From an uncultured Candidatus Competibacteraceae bacterium (GTDB taxonomy: Bacteria; Pseudomonadota; Gammaproteobacteria; Competibacterales; Competibacteraceae): a stretch of DNA of 31,209 nucleotides. Under the pieces are notes generated by a model. That model made no database searches. It was not told the origin of the DNA and was given only the letters and a program-made list of their open reading frames with translations. A program made the translations under genes and the position numbers. Positions 9,350-18,021 of the stretch are shown here, one piece after another; positions within the stretch are counted from its first letter, which is position 1, and every line of letters starts with the position of its first letter. Location: positions 1-31,209 of the forward strand of contig CAYMHN010000001.1 of assembly GCA_964390235.1 (NCBI GenBank), written 5' to 3'.

Positions 9350-11378
9350 GTCGTATTCGTGCCGGTGCGGACCGGTACTGGCCCTGCTGCTTGCCACATC
9401 GTCCGCCGAGGCGATCAGCCTGCAAGTCCGTTTCGATCAGCTCAGCGGCTCCGGCTGGCAGGCCCAGCAGGTCGAAGCGCAACTGCAAGTGGCGACGGAC
9501 CGGCCAGCCGCGCGCCTGAGTATCGGTGACTTGCGAACAGCCGACGGTACGCTGGTGGTCGAGCAGCTGGTACTCCACTGTCCGCGACTGACCATCGCAT
9601 CCTCGGACTGGCACTGTCCCGAGCTGGGTATCGATGCCGTGGCGCTGGATCACGCTCCACTCAGCGGACGGGGAAAGCTGGAATATCGACCCTCCGAATC
9701 CGCCTGGCGACTGGCACTGCCCGAGTTGCTCTGGGGTGAAGCGGAGCTGGACCTGAGTGCCGAGTGGGCACGGCAGCAGTGGTCGCTGATGCTGTCCGTC
9801 GATCAGCTCGGTCCGCGGATGCTGAACCACTGGCTGGCTCTGGATGAAAGTGCCGGCCAGCTCGGTGGCGAGTTGCGCTTGCGGGGTACCGGCGCCAGCC
9901 TGGAACAGGCCGAACTCAGCGCGAACAGCCGAGCGTTGCGCTTTTCCGCCGCCGGCGGTCAATATGCGGCCGAGCGCTTGGGCCTGGATCTGAACGGCCG
10001 CTGGCAGGTGGACGGGACGATCACCGCCGAGCTGCGCCTGCTTCAGGGTGAGCTGTATCTGGCGCCGATGTACTGGCAGCAGTCCCCGGATGACGCGCCG
10101 GTGCAGCTGAGCGCGAGTGGTCGCTGGCGGAACCAGGCATTGACCGTGGAGCGACTCCACTGGCAGCACCCGGGGGTGTTGCGTGCCCAGGCCAGTCTGG
10201 CTGTGAATACTCGGGCGACACCCTGGTTGCAAGGTGTCAGCATCGAATCATTCGAGGCCGAGCTACCCGGGTTCCAGCAGACCTATCTGCAACCCTGGCT
10301 GGGTGATGGGGTAGTGGCCGACCTGGACAGCCGTGGCAGCCTGACCGGCCGGCTCCGGCTGACCCCCGCCGGGATCGAAGCCCTGGAGCTGCGCTTGGTC
10401 GAGGTATCGCTGGAGGACAGGCGCGACCGCTTCAGTCTGACGGGTCTGCGGGGCGATGTGGTGCTCAATCCCGGCCCCGAACCACGCTACAGCGGTCTGT
10501 ACTGGAGGGGCGGCCAACTGTATCGCATGCCGATCGGCGCCGCCGAGTTGGCTTTCGAGAGCCATGATGGTGAGCTGCGTTTGCGGCAGACCACCCGGAT
10601 ACCGGTGCTGGATGGCGCGTTGCTGCTGCAACAGCTCCATCTGGGCGATCTGCGCAATGCCGTGCAACTGCGTTTCGGTGGACGCTTGCAGGCCGTGTCC
10701 ATGGAAGCGCTGAGCGCCGCCCTGGGCTGGCCGCCGTTGGCGGGTACGCTGGCAGGGGTGATTCCGCAAGTTCGCTATCGGGATCGGCGTATCGATGTCG
10801 ATGGCGCCCTGCTGGTCAGGGTGTTCGACGGTGATGTGACCATCGCCAATCTGGCGCTGGACGAAGTGCTGGGGGATACACCGCAGTTGCAGGCCGATAT
10901 CGAACTGTTCCAGCTGGACCTGCGGACCCTGACCGAGACCTTCGATATCGGCCGGATCGAAGGCAAGCTGAGTGGTCAGGTGCGCGATCTGCATCTGGTC
11001 GACTGGCAGCCGGTCCGCTTCGATGCCTTTCTGCATACCCCCGAGGGGGATCGCTCGCGCCGCCGCATCAGTCAGCGCGCTGTCGAGATGATCTCCGATC
11101 TGGGCGGCACCGGGGCCGCGGGCGCGGTATCCCGAGTCTTTCTCAGTCTGTTCGAGGATTTCGGCTATCGCCGGCTGGGCGTGGGTTGCCGCTTGTCGGC
11201 CGGGGTATGCGAAATGCGTGGAATAGGACCCGAACCTGGCGGTCAAGGTTATTATCTGATCGAAGGCAGCGGCTTGCCGCGCCTTGATGTGATTGGGTAT
11301 AACCGTCAGGTGGACTGGCACGAATTGCTGGCCCGACTGCAGGCAGCCGCGCGCAGCGAGGGGCCGATTGTCGAATGA
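9345..11378 (+). CDS. YdbH-like (AsmA-like clan) repeating beta-groove envelope protein; start uncertain
   Basis: About 680 aa of amphipathic beta-strand-like sequence; C-terminal RRISQRAVEMISDLGG..FEDFGYRRLGVGC..LPRLDVIGYNRQVDW, as in proteins encoded upstream of YdbL genes. In-frame GTG at 9306 lies inside cysM; ATT at 9345 is an alternative. Confidence 0.65.
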   Translation: MESYSCRCGPVLALLLATSSAEAISLQVRFDQLSGSGWQAQQVEAQLQVATDRPAARLSIGDLRTADGTLVVEQLVLHCPRLTIASSDWHCPELGIDAVALDHAPLSGRGKLEYRPSESAWRLALPELLWGEAELDLSAEWARQQWSLMLSVDQLGPRMLNHWLALDESAGQLGGELRLRGTGASLEQAELSANSRALRFSAAGGQYAAERLGLDLNGRWQVDGTITAELRLLQGELYLAPMYWQQSPDDAPVQLSASGRWRNQALTVERLHWQHPGVLRAQASLAVNTRATPWLQGVSIESFEAELPGFQQTYLQPWLGDGVVADLDSRGSLTGRLRLTPAGIEALELRLVEVSLEDRRDRFSLTGLRGDVVLNPGPEPRYSGLYWRGGQLYRMPIGAAELAFESHDGELRLRQTTRIPVLDGALLLQQLHLGDLRNAVQLRFGGRLQAVSMEALSAALGWPPLAGTLAGVIPQVRYRDRRIDVDGALLVRVFDGDVTIANLALDEVLGDTPQLQADIELFQLDLRTLTETFDIGRIEGKLSGQVRDLHLVDWQPVRFDAFLHTPEGDRSRRRISQRAVEMISDLGGTGAAGAVSRVFLSLFEDFGYRRLGVGCRLSAGVCEMRGIGPEPGGQGYYLIEGSGLPRLDVIGYNRQVDWHELLARLQAAARSEGPIVE

Positions 11379-11406
11379 GGCTGGTCATTGAATGAAGGAA
11401 TGCATC

Positions 11407-12039
11407 ATGAGTCGAACATTGCTGGGTAGTGGAGGGGGGCTGCTGGTACTGCTGCTGGCCGCCTGCGTGACCATCAACGTGTATTTTCCGGCCGCGGCGG
11501 TAGAGCAGGCCGCGGATCGCATCATCGAGGATGTCTGGGGGCAGCAGGCCCCGGCCAGCGGTTCGTCCGGACCGACAGAACCGCGGAATCGTACCCCGCG
11601 GGCAACCGAGCCCGAGCCGGCACAGTCGGTCGTGGTCGAGATGGTGGCCCGGGCGCTGGCCGTGGTGGTGCGCCCGGCGGTTGCCCAACAGGCCGACATC
11701 AGCATCTCCACGCCGGCCATCGAGCGGCTCAAGCAGTCGCTGACCGCCCGCTTCGAGCGCCTGCGCCCGCTATACGACAGCGGAGCGGTGGGACTGACCG
11801 CCGACGGCATGGTGGCGGTACGCAGCCTGGAAGCCGTGCCCTTGAACCAGCGCAATCAGGTGCAGCAACTGGTCGAGCAGGAGAATCAGGATCGGCAGGC
11901 GATTTATCGCGAGATTGCACTGGCGAACGGCCGGCCCGAGTGGGAAAGCCAGATCCGCGAGGTGTTTGCCCAGCGCTGGATCGGCAACGCGCGACCCGGC
12001 TGGTGGTACCAGTCCGGCGGCAGCTGGCGGCAGAAATGA
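11407..12039 (+). CDS. ydbL: Lipoprotein with C-terminal YdbL (DUF1318) domain
   Basis: SD AAGGAA before ATG 11407; lipobox LLAAC; C-terminal GAVGLTADG..VEQENQDRQAIYREIA..FAQRWI..GWWYQ typical of YdbL. Confidence 0.8.
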   Translation: MSRTLLGSGGGLLVLLLAACVTINVYFPAAAVEQAADRIIEDVWGQQAPASGSSGPTEPRNRTPRATEPEPAQSVVVEMVARALAVVVRPAVAQQADISISTPAIERLKQSLTARFERLRPLYDSGAVGLTADGMVAVRSLEAVPLNQRNQVQQLVEQENQDRQAIYREIALANGRPEWESQIREVFAQRWIGNARPGWWYQSGGSWRQK

Positions 12040-12839
12040 GCCTGCCCGATCATCTGGTGGTATTCGACATCGAGACCATACCGGACGTGGCTGGCGGTCA
12101 GCGGCTCTACGGGCTCGATGGGCTGAGCGACGCGGACACGGTCAAGGCGATGCAGCAGAAGCGTCGCCAGGAGACCGAGGGCAGCGATTTCCTACGCCTG
12201 TACCTGCATCGGGTGGTGGCGATTTCGGTGGTGGTGCGCGAACCCGGCAAATCGCCCCGCGTCACCTCGATCGGCAGTCCCGACGATGACGAGGCAACGC
12301 TGATCCGGTTGTTCTTTCAGGGCATCGATCGCTGGACCCCGGTGCTGGTATCCTGGAACGGGGGCAATTTCGACCTGCCGGTACTGCATTATCGCGCCCT
12401 GCTGCATGGTGTCAGCGCTCCCCGCTATTGGGAAGTCGGCGACCGTGAAGATCACAAGTTTCGCGAGTTTCGCTTCAATAATTACCTGAACCGGTTTCAG
12501 TGGCGGCACATCGATCTGATGGATGTATTGGCCAATTACAGCCCGCGGGCCAACGCCCCGTTGGACGACATCGCCACGCTGCTGGGCTTGCCGGGCAAAC
12601 TGGGCATGGACGGTAGCCGGGTATGGGAAGCCTGGCAGGATGACAGACTGCCGGCGATTCGCGCGTATTGCGAGACCGATGTGCTCAACACCTACCTGGT
12701 CTATCTGCGCTTCGAACTCATGCGCGGTCGTCTGGACGAGGCATCTTATCGAGCCGAATGCCAGAGCTTGCGCGAGGTGCTGACCGGTGCCGGACAAACT
12801 CATCTGAATGCTTTTCTCGACGCCTGGCCTGTGGAATGA
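12036..12839 (+). CDS. Standalone PolB-like 3'-5' exonuclease (DEDDy; COG3298/DNA_pol_B_exo2-like)
   Basis: ExoI VFDIETIPD, ExoII SWNGGNFDLPVL, ExoIII YCETDV; ATGA overlap gives start 12036. Confidence 0.85.
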   Translation: MSLPDHLVVFDIETIPDVAGGQRLYGLDGLSDADTVKAMQQKRRQETEGSDFLRLYLHRVVAISVVVREPGKSPRVTSIGSPDDDEATLIRLFFQGIDRWTPVLVSWNGGNFDLPVLHYRALLHGVSAPRYWEVGDREDHKFREFRFNNYLNRFQWRHIDLMDVLANYSPRANAPLDDIATLLGLPGKLGMDGSRVWEAWQDDRLPAIRAYCETDVLNTYLVYLRFELMRGRLDEASYRAECQSLREVLTGAGQTHLNAFLDAWPVE

Positions 12840-14170
12840 GACAGCGGCGGCGGCGAACCAGGCTCCCCGAAGAGGAGTTCCGCGCCCGTATCGAGGATCT
12901 TGCCCATGATGGACGTGGTATCGCTCGGATCGATGGCAAGGCGGTATTCATCCATGATGCCTTGCCAGGCGAGACGGTCGAGTTTCGCTATACGGGCCGA
13001 CATAGCCAGTACGACGAAGGGCGCTTGCTGCGGCTGCTCGAAACCAGCCCGGATAGGGTCGAGCCTGGCTGCGCCCACTTCGGCGTTTGTGGCGGTTGCG
13101 GCTTGCAGCATCTGGCCGCCGGACGGCAGATCGACTACAAGCAGGACTGGCTGCTGAGCAATCTGGACCGGATCGCACATGTCAAGCCCGATACCATTCT
13201 GCCGCCCTTGATCGGCCAGTATTGGGGGTACCGCCACAAGGCCCGGCTGGGGGTCAAGTATGTGGCCAAGAAAGGCCGGGTGCTGGTCGGTTTTCGTGAG
13301 CGCGAGAAGCCGTTCGTGGCCGATCTGACCCACTGCGAGGTGCTGCATTCCCGAGTCGGCGGTCTGCTGGCCCCGCTGGGCAAGCTGATCGGCGGACTGA
13401 GCATCGCGCAACGCTTGCCGCAAATCGAAGTGGCGGTCGGAGATGAAGCCGTAGCGCTCAGCTTCCGGGTACTGGCTACGCCAACGCTGGCCGATCTGGA
13501 ATGCCTGCGGTCCTTCGGCCAGCGGCACGCCATCCAGATCTGGCTACAGCCCGAGGGGCCGGCCAGCAGCCATGCCTTGTGGCCGGAGGACGCTCGGCTC
13601 AGCTACCGGCTACCAGAATACGATCTCGAACTGTGCTTCCTGCCCTATCATTTCACTCAGGTCAACAACGGGCTCAATCGGCTCATGGTAAGTCAGGCCC
13701 TGGAACTGCTCGACCCGCAGCCGCACGAGCGGATCCTGGATCTGTTCTGCGGGCTGGGCAACTTCACCCTGGCGCTGGCACGCCGCGCCACACAGGTGGT
13801 GGGTGTGGAAGGAGACGGTAGCCTGGTCGAATGGGCACAGACCAATGCCAGACATAACGGGGTGGGCAATGCCAATTTCCAGGTCGCCGATCTGAGCCGC
13901 GAGGTCACCGGGCAAGCTTGGTACCGGCAACCCTACGACCAGGTGCTGCTGGACCCCCCGCGTTCCGGCGCCCTGGCGATGATCGCGCCGCTAGCCGCAC
14001 TGGCACCGCGACGCATGGTCTATGTCTCCTGCCATCCAGCCACCCTGGCGCGCGATGCTGCCGTTCTGGTGCATCAGCACGGGTATCGCCTGACCCGGGC
14101 TGGGGTGATGGATATGTTTCCACATACCGCCCATGTCGAGTCAATCGCGGTATTCGAGCGCGACCGGTGA
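12836..14170 (+). CDS. rlmD: 23S rRNA (uracil-1939-C5)-methyltransferase
   Basis: TRAM domain, CAHFGVCGGC Fe-S motif, DLFCGLGNF, LLDPPRSGA, YVSCHP, DMFPHTAHVES; ATGA overlap. Confidence 0.94.
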   Translation: MRQRRRRTRLPEEEFRARIEDLAHDGRGIARIDGKAVFIHDALPGETVEFRYTGRHSQYDEGRLLRLLETSPDRVEPGCAHFGVCGGCGLQHLAAGRQIDYKQDWLLSNLDRIAHVKPDTILPPLIGQYWGYRHKARLGVKYVAKKGRVLVGFREREKPFVADLTHCEVLHSRVGGLLAPLGKLIGGLSIAQRLPQIEVAVGDEAVALSFRVLATPTLADLECLRSFGQRHAIQIWLQPEGPASSHALWPEDARLSYRLPEYDLELCFLPYHFTQVNNGLNRLMVSQALELLDPQPHERILDLFCGLGNFTLALARRATQVVGVEGDGSLVEWAQTNARHNGVGNANFQVADLSREVTGQAWYRQPYDQVLLDPPRSGALAMIAPLAALAPRRMVYVSCHPATLARDAAVLVHQHGYRLTRAGVMDMFPHTAHVESIAVFERDR

Positions 14171-14176
14171 GGGAGT

Positions 14177-14740
14177 TCAGCGCAGGGCGTCGAAACCGGC
14201 CGTAAAGCCGCGTAACGAGACTGGCAGCGCGACGGCCTGGACCCCGTCATGGACCCGGATTTCCGCCGTGACCCCCCGCTTGAACTGGTTGATGAGCTGA
14301 TCGTTCAGGGGAAAGCCCGCGATGCAGCCGGTCGGGACGCAACGCTCGTACTGGAGACGGATGGGTTCGTTCTGATCGACCCGGATACCGATGCCCGGTG
14401 GCAACGCCACACCCAGCGGCAGGGTCAGCAGGCCCGCTGGCTGTTCCTGACCATTCTCCAGTGGCAGGTAGCCGATGGCCATTTGCAGTACCGGTTCGTC
14501 ATTGTCCTGATTGACGACGGTCTGAAAGATGAAGCAGCGTTCCCGGTCCATGCCAGGCAGGCGTTCGCAGCCGACGGTCCAGTCCTGGAACCGCTGGCCC
14601 TGCTCCAGAGCCTGTGCCGGCGGTACGCTGGTCGCCGTGCAGCCGGTGAGGATCAGGCTGACAAGGAATGCCTTGCCGGCGGACAGGGGCCAGGGGTCCA
14701 GGGTACCGAAGCGCTGCACGGTGCTGCGCAATACTCGCAT
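14177..14740 (-). CDS. Invasion-associated locus B (IalB)-family exported protein
   Basis: FQDWTVGC..CFIFQ, LTLPLGVALPPG, YERCVPTGC, PVSLRGFTAGFDAL. Start uncertain (14767, 14740 or 14719). Confidence 0.8.
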   Translation of the reverse strand: MRVLRSTVQRFGTLDPWPLSAGKAFLVSLILTGCTATSVPPAQALEQGQRFQDWTVGCERLPGMDRERCFIFQTVVNQDNDEPVLQMAIGYLPLENGQEQPAGLLTLPLGVALPPGIGIRVDQNEPIRLQYERCVPTGCIAGFPLNDQLINQFKRGVTAEIRVHDGVQAVALPVSLRGFTAGFDALR

Positions 14741-14897
14741 GATGATTGACTCCGAATAAGCGTTCAAGAAATCTCGCAGCAGCCCTTGCGGTACTGTCTG
14801 TGGTGTCGGTCATTGTACCCTGCCGCCGTTAACGGTGCGATGGTCATGGCGGGGGAAGGCTGCCCAAGGAGACAGCCTGAAGAGTCGCGCGGTGGGC

Positions 14898-15323
14898 TCA
14901 GTGCGCGACCAGCACCGAGGTTTTGGCGTGACGCATCACCCGGGACGCATTCGGACCAAGCAGGAAGCTGGTGCGGTGCGAGCTGCTGCGCCCCATGATG
15001 ATCAGATCGCACTTGAGTTGATCGGCATAGTGGATGATTTCCTCGTAAATCGTGCCCACCGCGATGACCGTCTGCACGGTCAGCTCCGGCGGTACATGCT
15101 GGGCCACGAACTCGTGCAGTTCCGTACTGGCTTTTTCATGCATCTTCTGCTCGAAATCGGCCGGAAAAAAACTGCCGACCAGGGAGGATTTGAGGCTGGG
15201 TACCACGGCCATCACGTGCAGCTGGGCGCCGCATAGCTGGGCCAGGGCGACGGCGGCCTCCAGCGGCTTGCGCCAAGCCATTTCGTCACTGGTATCGACA
15301 GGCACCAGAATGTCTTTGTACAT
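14898..15323 (-). CDS. Universal stress protein (TRAP-associated)
   Basis: MYKDILVPVD, DLIIMG, LLGPNASRVMRHAKTSVLV; directly downstream of the TRAP permease. Confidence 0.9.
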   Translation of the reverse strand: MYKDILVPVDTSDEMAWRKPLEAAVALAQLCGAQLHVMAVVPSLKSSLVGSFFPADFEQKMHEKASTELHEFVAQHVPPELTVQTVIAVGTIYEEIIHYADQLKCDLIIMGRSSSHRTSFLLGPNASRVMRHAKTSVLVAH

Positions 15324-15371
15324 GCGGTCAGGCTCCGTCAAGGCCGCGGGGCGGACCCCGCGGCGGGTGGT

Positions 15372-17969
15372 TCAGGCGGTCACGGGTTCCGAGGTCTTCC
15401 GGTGCCGCGCCCGCTGGGCCAGGATGATCAGCCCCAGCACGAACAGGGCCGGGATGTACATCAGTTCCTTCCAGGGCTGCGGATTGGGGATCAGTACCCC
15501 GCTGACGACCTGATCCCAGTCCAGCCCGGCCCGCTGGGCGACGCTGCCGAAGGCCACGCTGTCAACCATCAACTGGCCGTCCATCTCGATGAATTCGACC
15601 CCGGCGTTCTCCAGTCGTTCGCCACCGGTCACTCCATCGGGCAGGCGCAGGATGGCCACGAAGGAGATCGGATCGCCGATATCGTTGACCCCGTCGATAT
15701 GCAAGCGTAGTTCCTGGCCGGGTGGTACCTCGCTGGCGACCCGTTGCAGCTCGACAGGCGGGACTTCGTTATACGGTGGCACGATCATGTCCATCCAGAA
15801 GCCGGGCCGGAACAGGGTGAAGGCCACCAGCAGCAGCAGCACCGACTCGTAGATCCGGCTGCGGGTGAAGAAATAGCCCTGCATGGAGGCCGCGAAGATT
15901 AGCATGGCCACGGTGGCGACGATGAACACGAAGATGCCTTGCAGCCAGCCGACATCGATCAGCAGCAGATCGGTGTTGAAGATGAACAGAAAGGGCAGGG
16001 CCGCGGTGCGCATGCTGTAGTAGAAGGCCTGGAAGCCGGTGCGGATCGGGTCGCCGCCGGAGACGGCCGCCGCGGCGAACGAGGCCAGGCCCACCGGTGG
16101 CGTGACATCGGCCATGATGCCGAAGTAGAACACGAATAGATGGACCGCGATCAGCGGCACGATCAGCCCGTTCTGGATGCCCAGGGTGACGATGACCGGA
16201 GCCAGCAGCGACGATACCACGATGTAGTTGGCGGTGGTCGGCAAACCCATGCCCAGGATCAGGCTGAGCACGGCGGTCAGGATCAGGATCAGCATGATGT
16301 GGCCCATGGAGAGGATTTCCACTACCTCGGCCAGGGCGGAACCGACACCGGTCTGCGACACCGCGCCGACGATGATGCCAGCGGTGGCGGTGGCGATACC
16401 GATGCCGATCATGTTGCGGGCGCCGGCGATCAGACCCTCGATCAACTCCTTGACGCCGCGCGCCACCTGGCCACCGAGGCCGCCTTCGCCACGGAACAGG
16501 GCCAGTAGCGGCCGCTGGGTCAGCAGGATGAACATCATCAGGGCCGTGGCGTAGAAGGCCGACAGTCCGGGCGACAGCCGTTCGACCATCAGACACCAGA
16601 CCAGCACGATCACCGGCAGGACGTAATGCAGGCCGGACTTGATGGTCGGGCCGGGGGCCGGCAGGCGGATGAGTGCGGACTTGGGGTCATCGATCTCCAA
16701 TTCCGGATAGCGGGCGGCCAGAATGAGCAAGGCGACATAGATGACGGCCAGGGCGCCGGCCAGAATCCAGGCGGCGGCATCGCCGAAAGCAGGCTTCAGC
16801 CAGCCGATGCCGTAATAGACCGCCACCGACAGCACGCACAGGGCGATGAAGCCGAGCAGAAAGCCCATGACGCGTTGCACCCAGGGCTTGGGTACCACCG
16901 CCCGCGGCAGGCCCTTCATATTGGCCTTGAGGGCCTCCAGGTGGACGATGTAGACCAGGGCGATGTAGGAAATCGTGGCCGGCAGAAACGCGTGCTTGAC
17001 CACCTCGAAATAGCTGATGCCGACGTACTCGACCATCAGAAAGGCGGCCGCGCCCATCACCGGCGGCATGATCTGGCCGTTGACCGAGCTCGACACCTCC
17101 ACCGCCCCGGCCTTTTCCGCCGAGAAGCCGACCCGTTTCATCATCGGGATGGTGAAGGTGCCGGTGGTGACCACATTGGCGATCGAGGAGCCGGAGATCA
17201 GGCCGGTCATGGCCGAGGCGACCACGGCGGCTTTGGCCGGACCGCCACGATAGTGCCCGAGCAGGGAGAACGCTACCTTGATGAAGTAGTTGCCGGCGCC
17301 GGCCTTGTCCAGCAGGGCGCCGAACAGCACGAACAGGAACACGAAACTGGTCGAGACCCCTAGCGCGATGCCGAACACGCCCTGGGTCGTGATCCACTGG
17401 TGATTGGCCACCGAAGCCAGGCTTTCGCCTCGATGGGCGATGATCTGCGGCATGTAGGGCCCGAGGAAGGTATAGGCCAGAAACGCCATGGCCACGATCA
17501 TCAGCGGCGGGCCCAGCGCACGGCGGGTGGCTTCCAGCAGCAACACCATGCCCACGCAGGCGACCACGATGTCCTGGGTGATCGGGGCACCGGGGCGGCC
17601 CGACAAGGCCTCGTAGAACAGGAACAGATAAGCGGCGCAGAAAGCACCTACCAGCGCCATCACCCAATCCTGGAGCGGGATGTAATGGCGCGGCGAGCGT
17701 TTCAGCGCGGGATAGGCCAGAAACGCCAGGAATACCGCGAAAGCGAGGTGTATCGAGCGGGCTTCGGTGTCGTTGAACACCCCGAAACCGACCATGAACG
17801 GCAGCGGCGAGGCGATCCAGAGTTGAAACAGCGACCAAGTTGCGGCCACACTGAGAATGAACTTCTCCGTAAGCCCGCCGGGACTTCGTGCGCCGGTATC
17901 GACTTGCGCCACCAGATCCTGCAATTCCTGCTCCGACTTGCCGGCTTTACCGCCTTGTTCTGCACTCAT
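15372..17969 (-). CDS. TAXI-TRAP transporter fused 4TM/12TM permease (DctQM fusion) with C-terminal DUF3394-like domain
   Basis: 865 aa polytopic protein; GGPAKAAVVAS, GSSIANVVTTG, GQIMPPVMGAAAF, LGMGLPTTANY, DVTPPV; SD GAGG. Confidence 0.93.
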   Translation of the reverse strand: MSAEQGGKAGKSEQELQDLVAQVDTGARSPGGLTEKFILSVAATWSLFQLWIASPLPFMVGFGVFNDTEARSIHLAFAVFLAFLAYPALKRSPRHYIPLQDWVMALVGAFCAAYLFLFYEALSGRPGAPITQDIVVACVGMVLLLEATRRALGPPLMIVAMAFLAYTFLGPYMPQIIAHRGESLASVANHQWITTQGVFGIALGVSTSFVFLFVLFGALLDKAGAGNYFIKVAFSLLGHYRGGPAKAAVVASAMTGLISGSSIANVVTTGTFTIPMMKRVGFSAEKAGAVEVSSSVNGQIMPPVMGAAAFLMVEYVGISYFEVVKHAFLPATISYIALVYIVHLEALKANMKGLPRAVVPKPWVQRVMGFLLGFIALCVLSVAVYYGIGWLKPAFGDAAAWILAGALAVIYVALLILAARYPELEIDDPKSALIRLPAPGPTIKSGLHYVLPVIVLVWCLMVERLSPGLSAFYATALMMFILLTQRPLLALFRGEGGLGGQVARGVKELIEGLIAGARNMIGIGIATATAGIIVGAVSQTGVGSALAEVVEILSMGHIMLILILTAVLSLILGMGLPTTANYIVVSSLLAPVIVTLGIQNGLIVPLIAVHLFVFYFGIMADVTPPVGLASFAAAAVSGGDPIRTGFQAFYYSMRTAALPFLFIFNTDLLLIDVGWLQGIFVFIVATVAMLIFAASMQGYFFTRSRIYESVLLLLVAFTLFRPGFWMDMIVPPYNEVPPVELQRVASEVPPGQELRLHIDGVNDIGDPISFVAILRLPDGVTGGERLENAGVEFIEMDGQLMVDSVAFGSVAQRAGLDWDQVVSGVLIPNPQPWKELMYIPALFVLGLIILAQRARHRKTSEPVTA

Positions 17970-18021
17970 TCTGCTGATTCCTCGTTCTTGTTCATCGGCT
18001 GATAACGTGGTCGGGACCGGA

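Noticed and set aside
11540-11630. Pro/Ser/Thr-rich stretch in ydbL as a tandem repeat
   Set aside because: Low-complexity linker with no periodic DNA unit.
14859-14880. AGGCTG-N10-CAGCCT hairpin after usp as a terminator
   Set aside because: Large loop and no U-tract on the minus strand.
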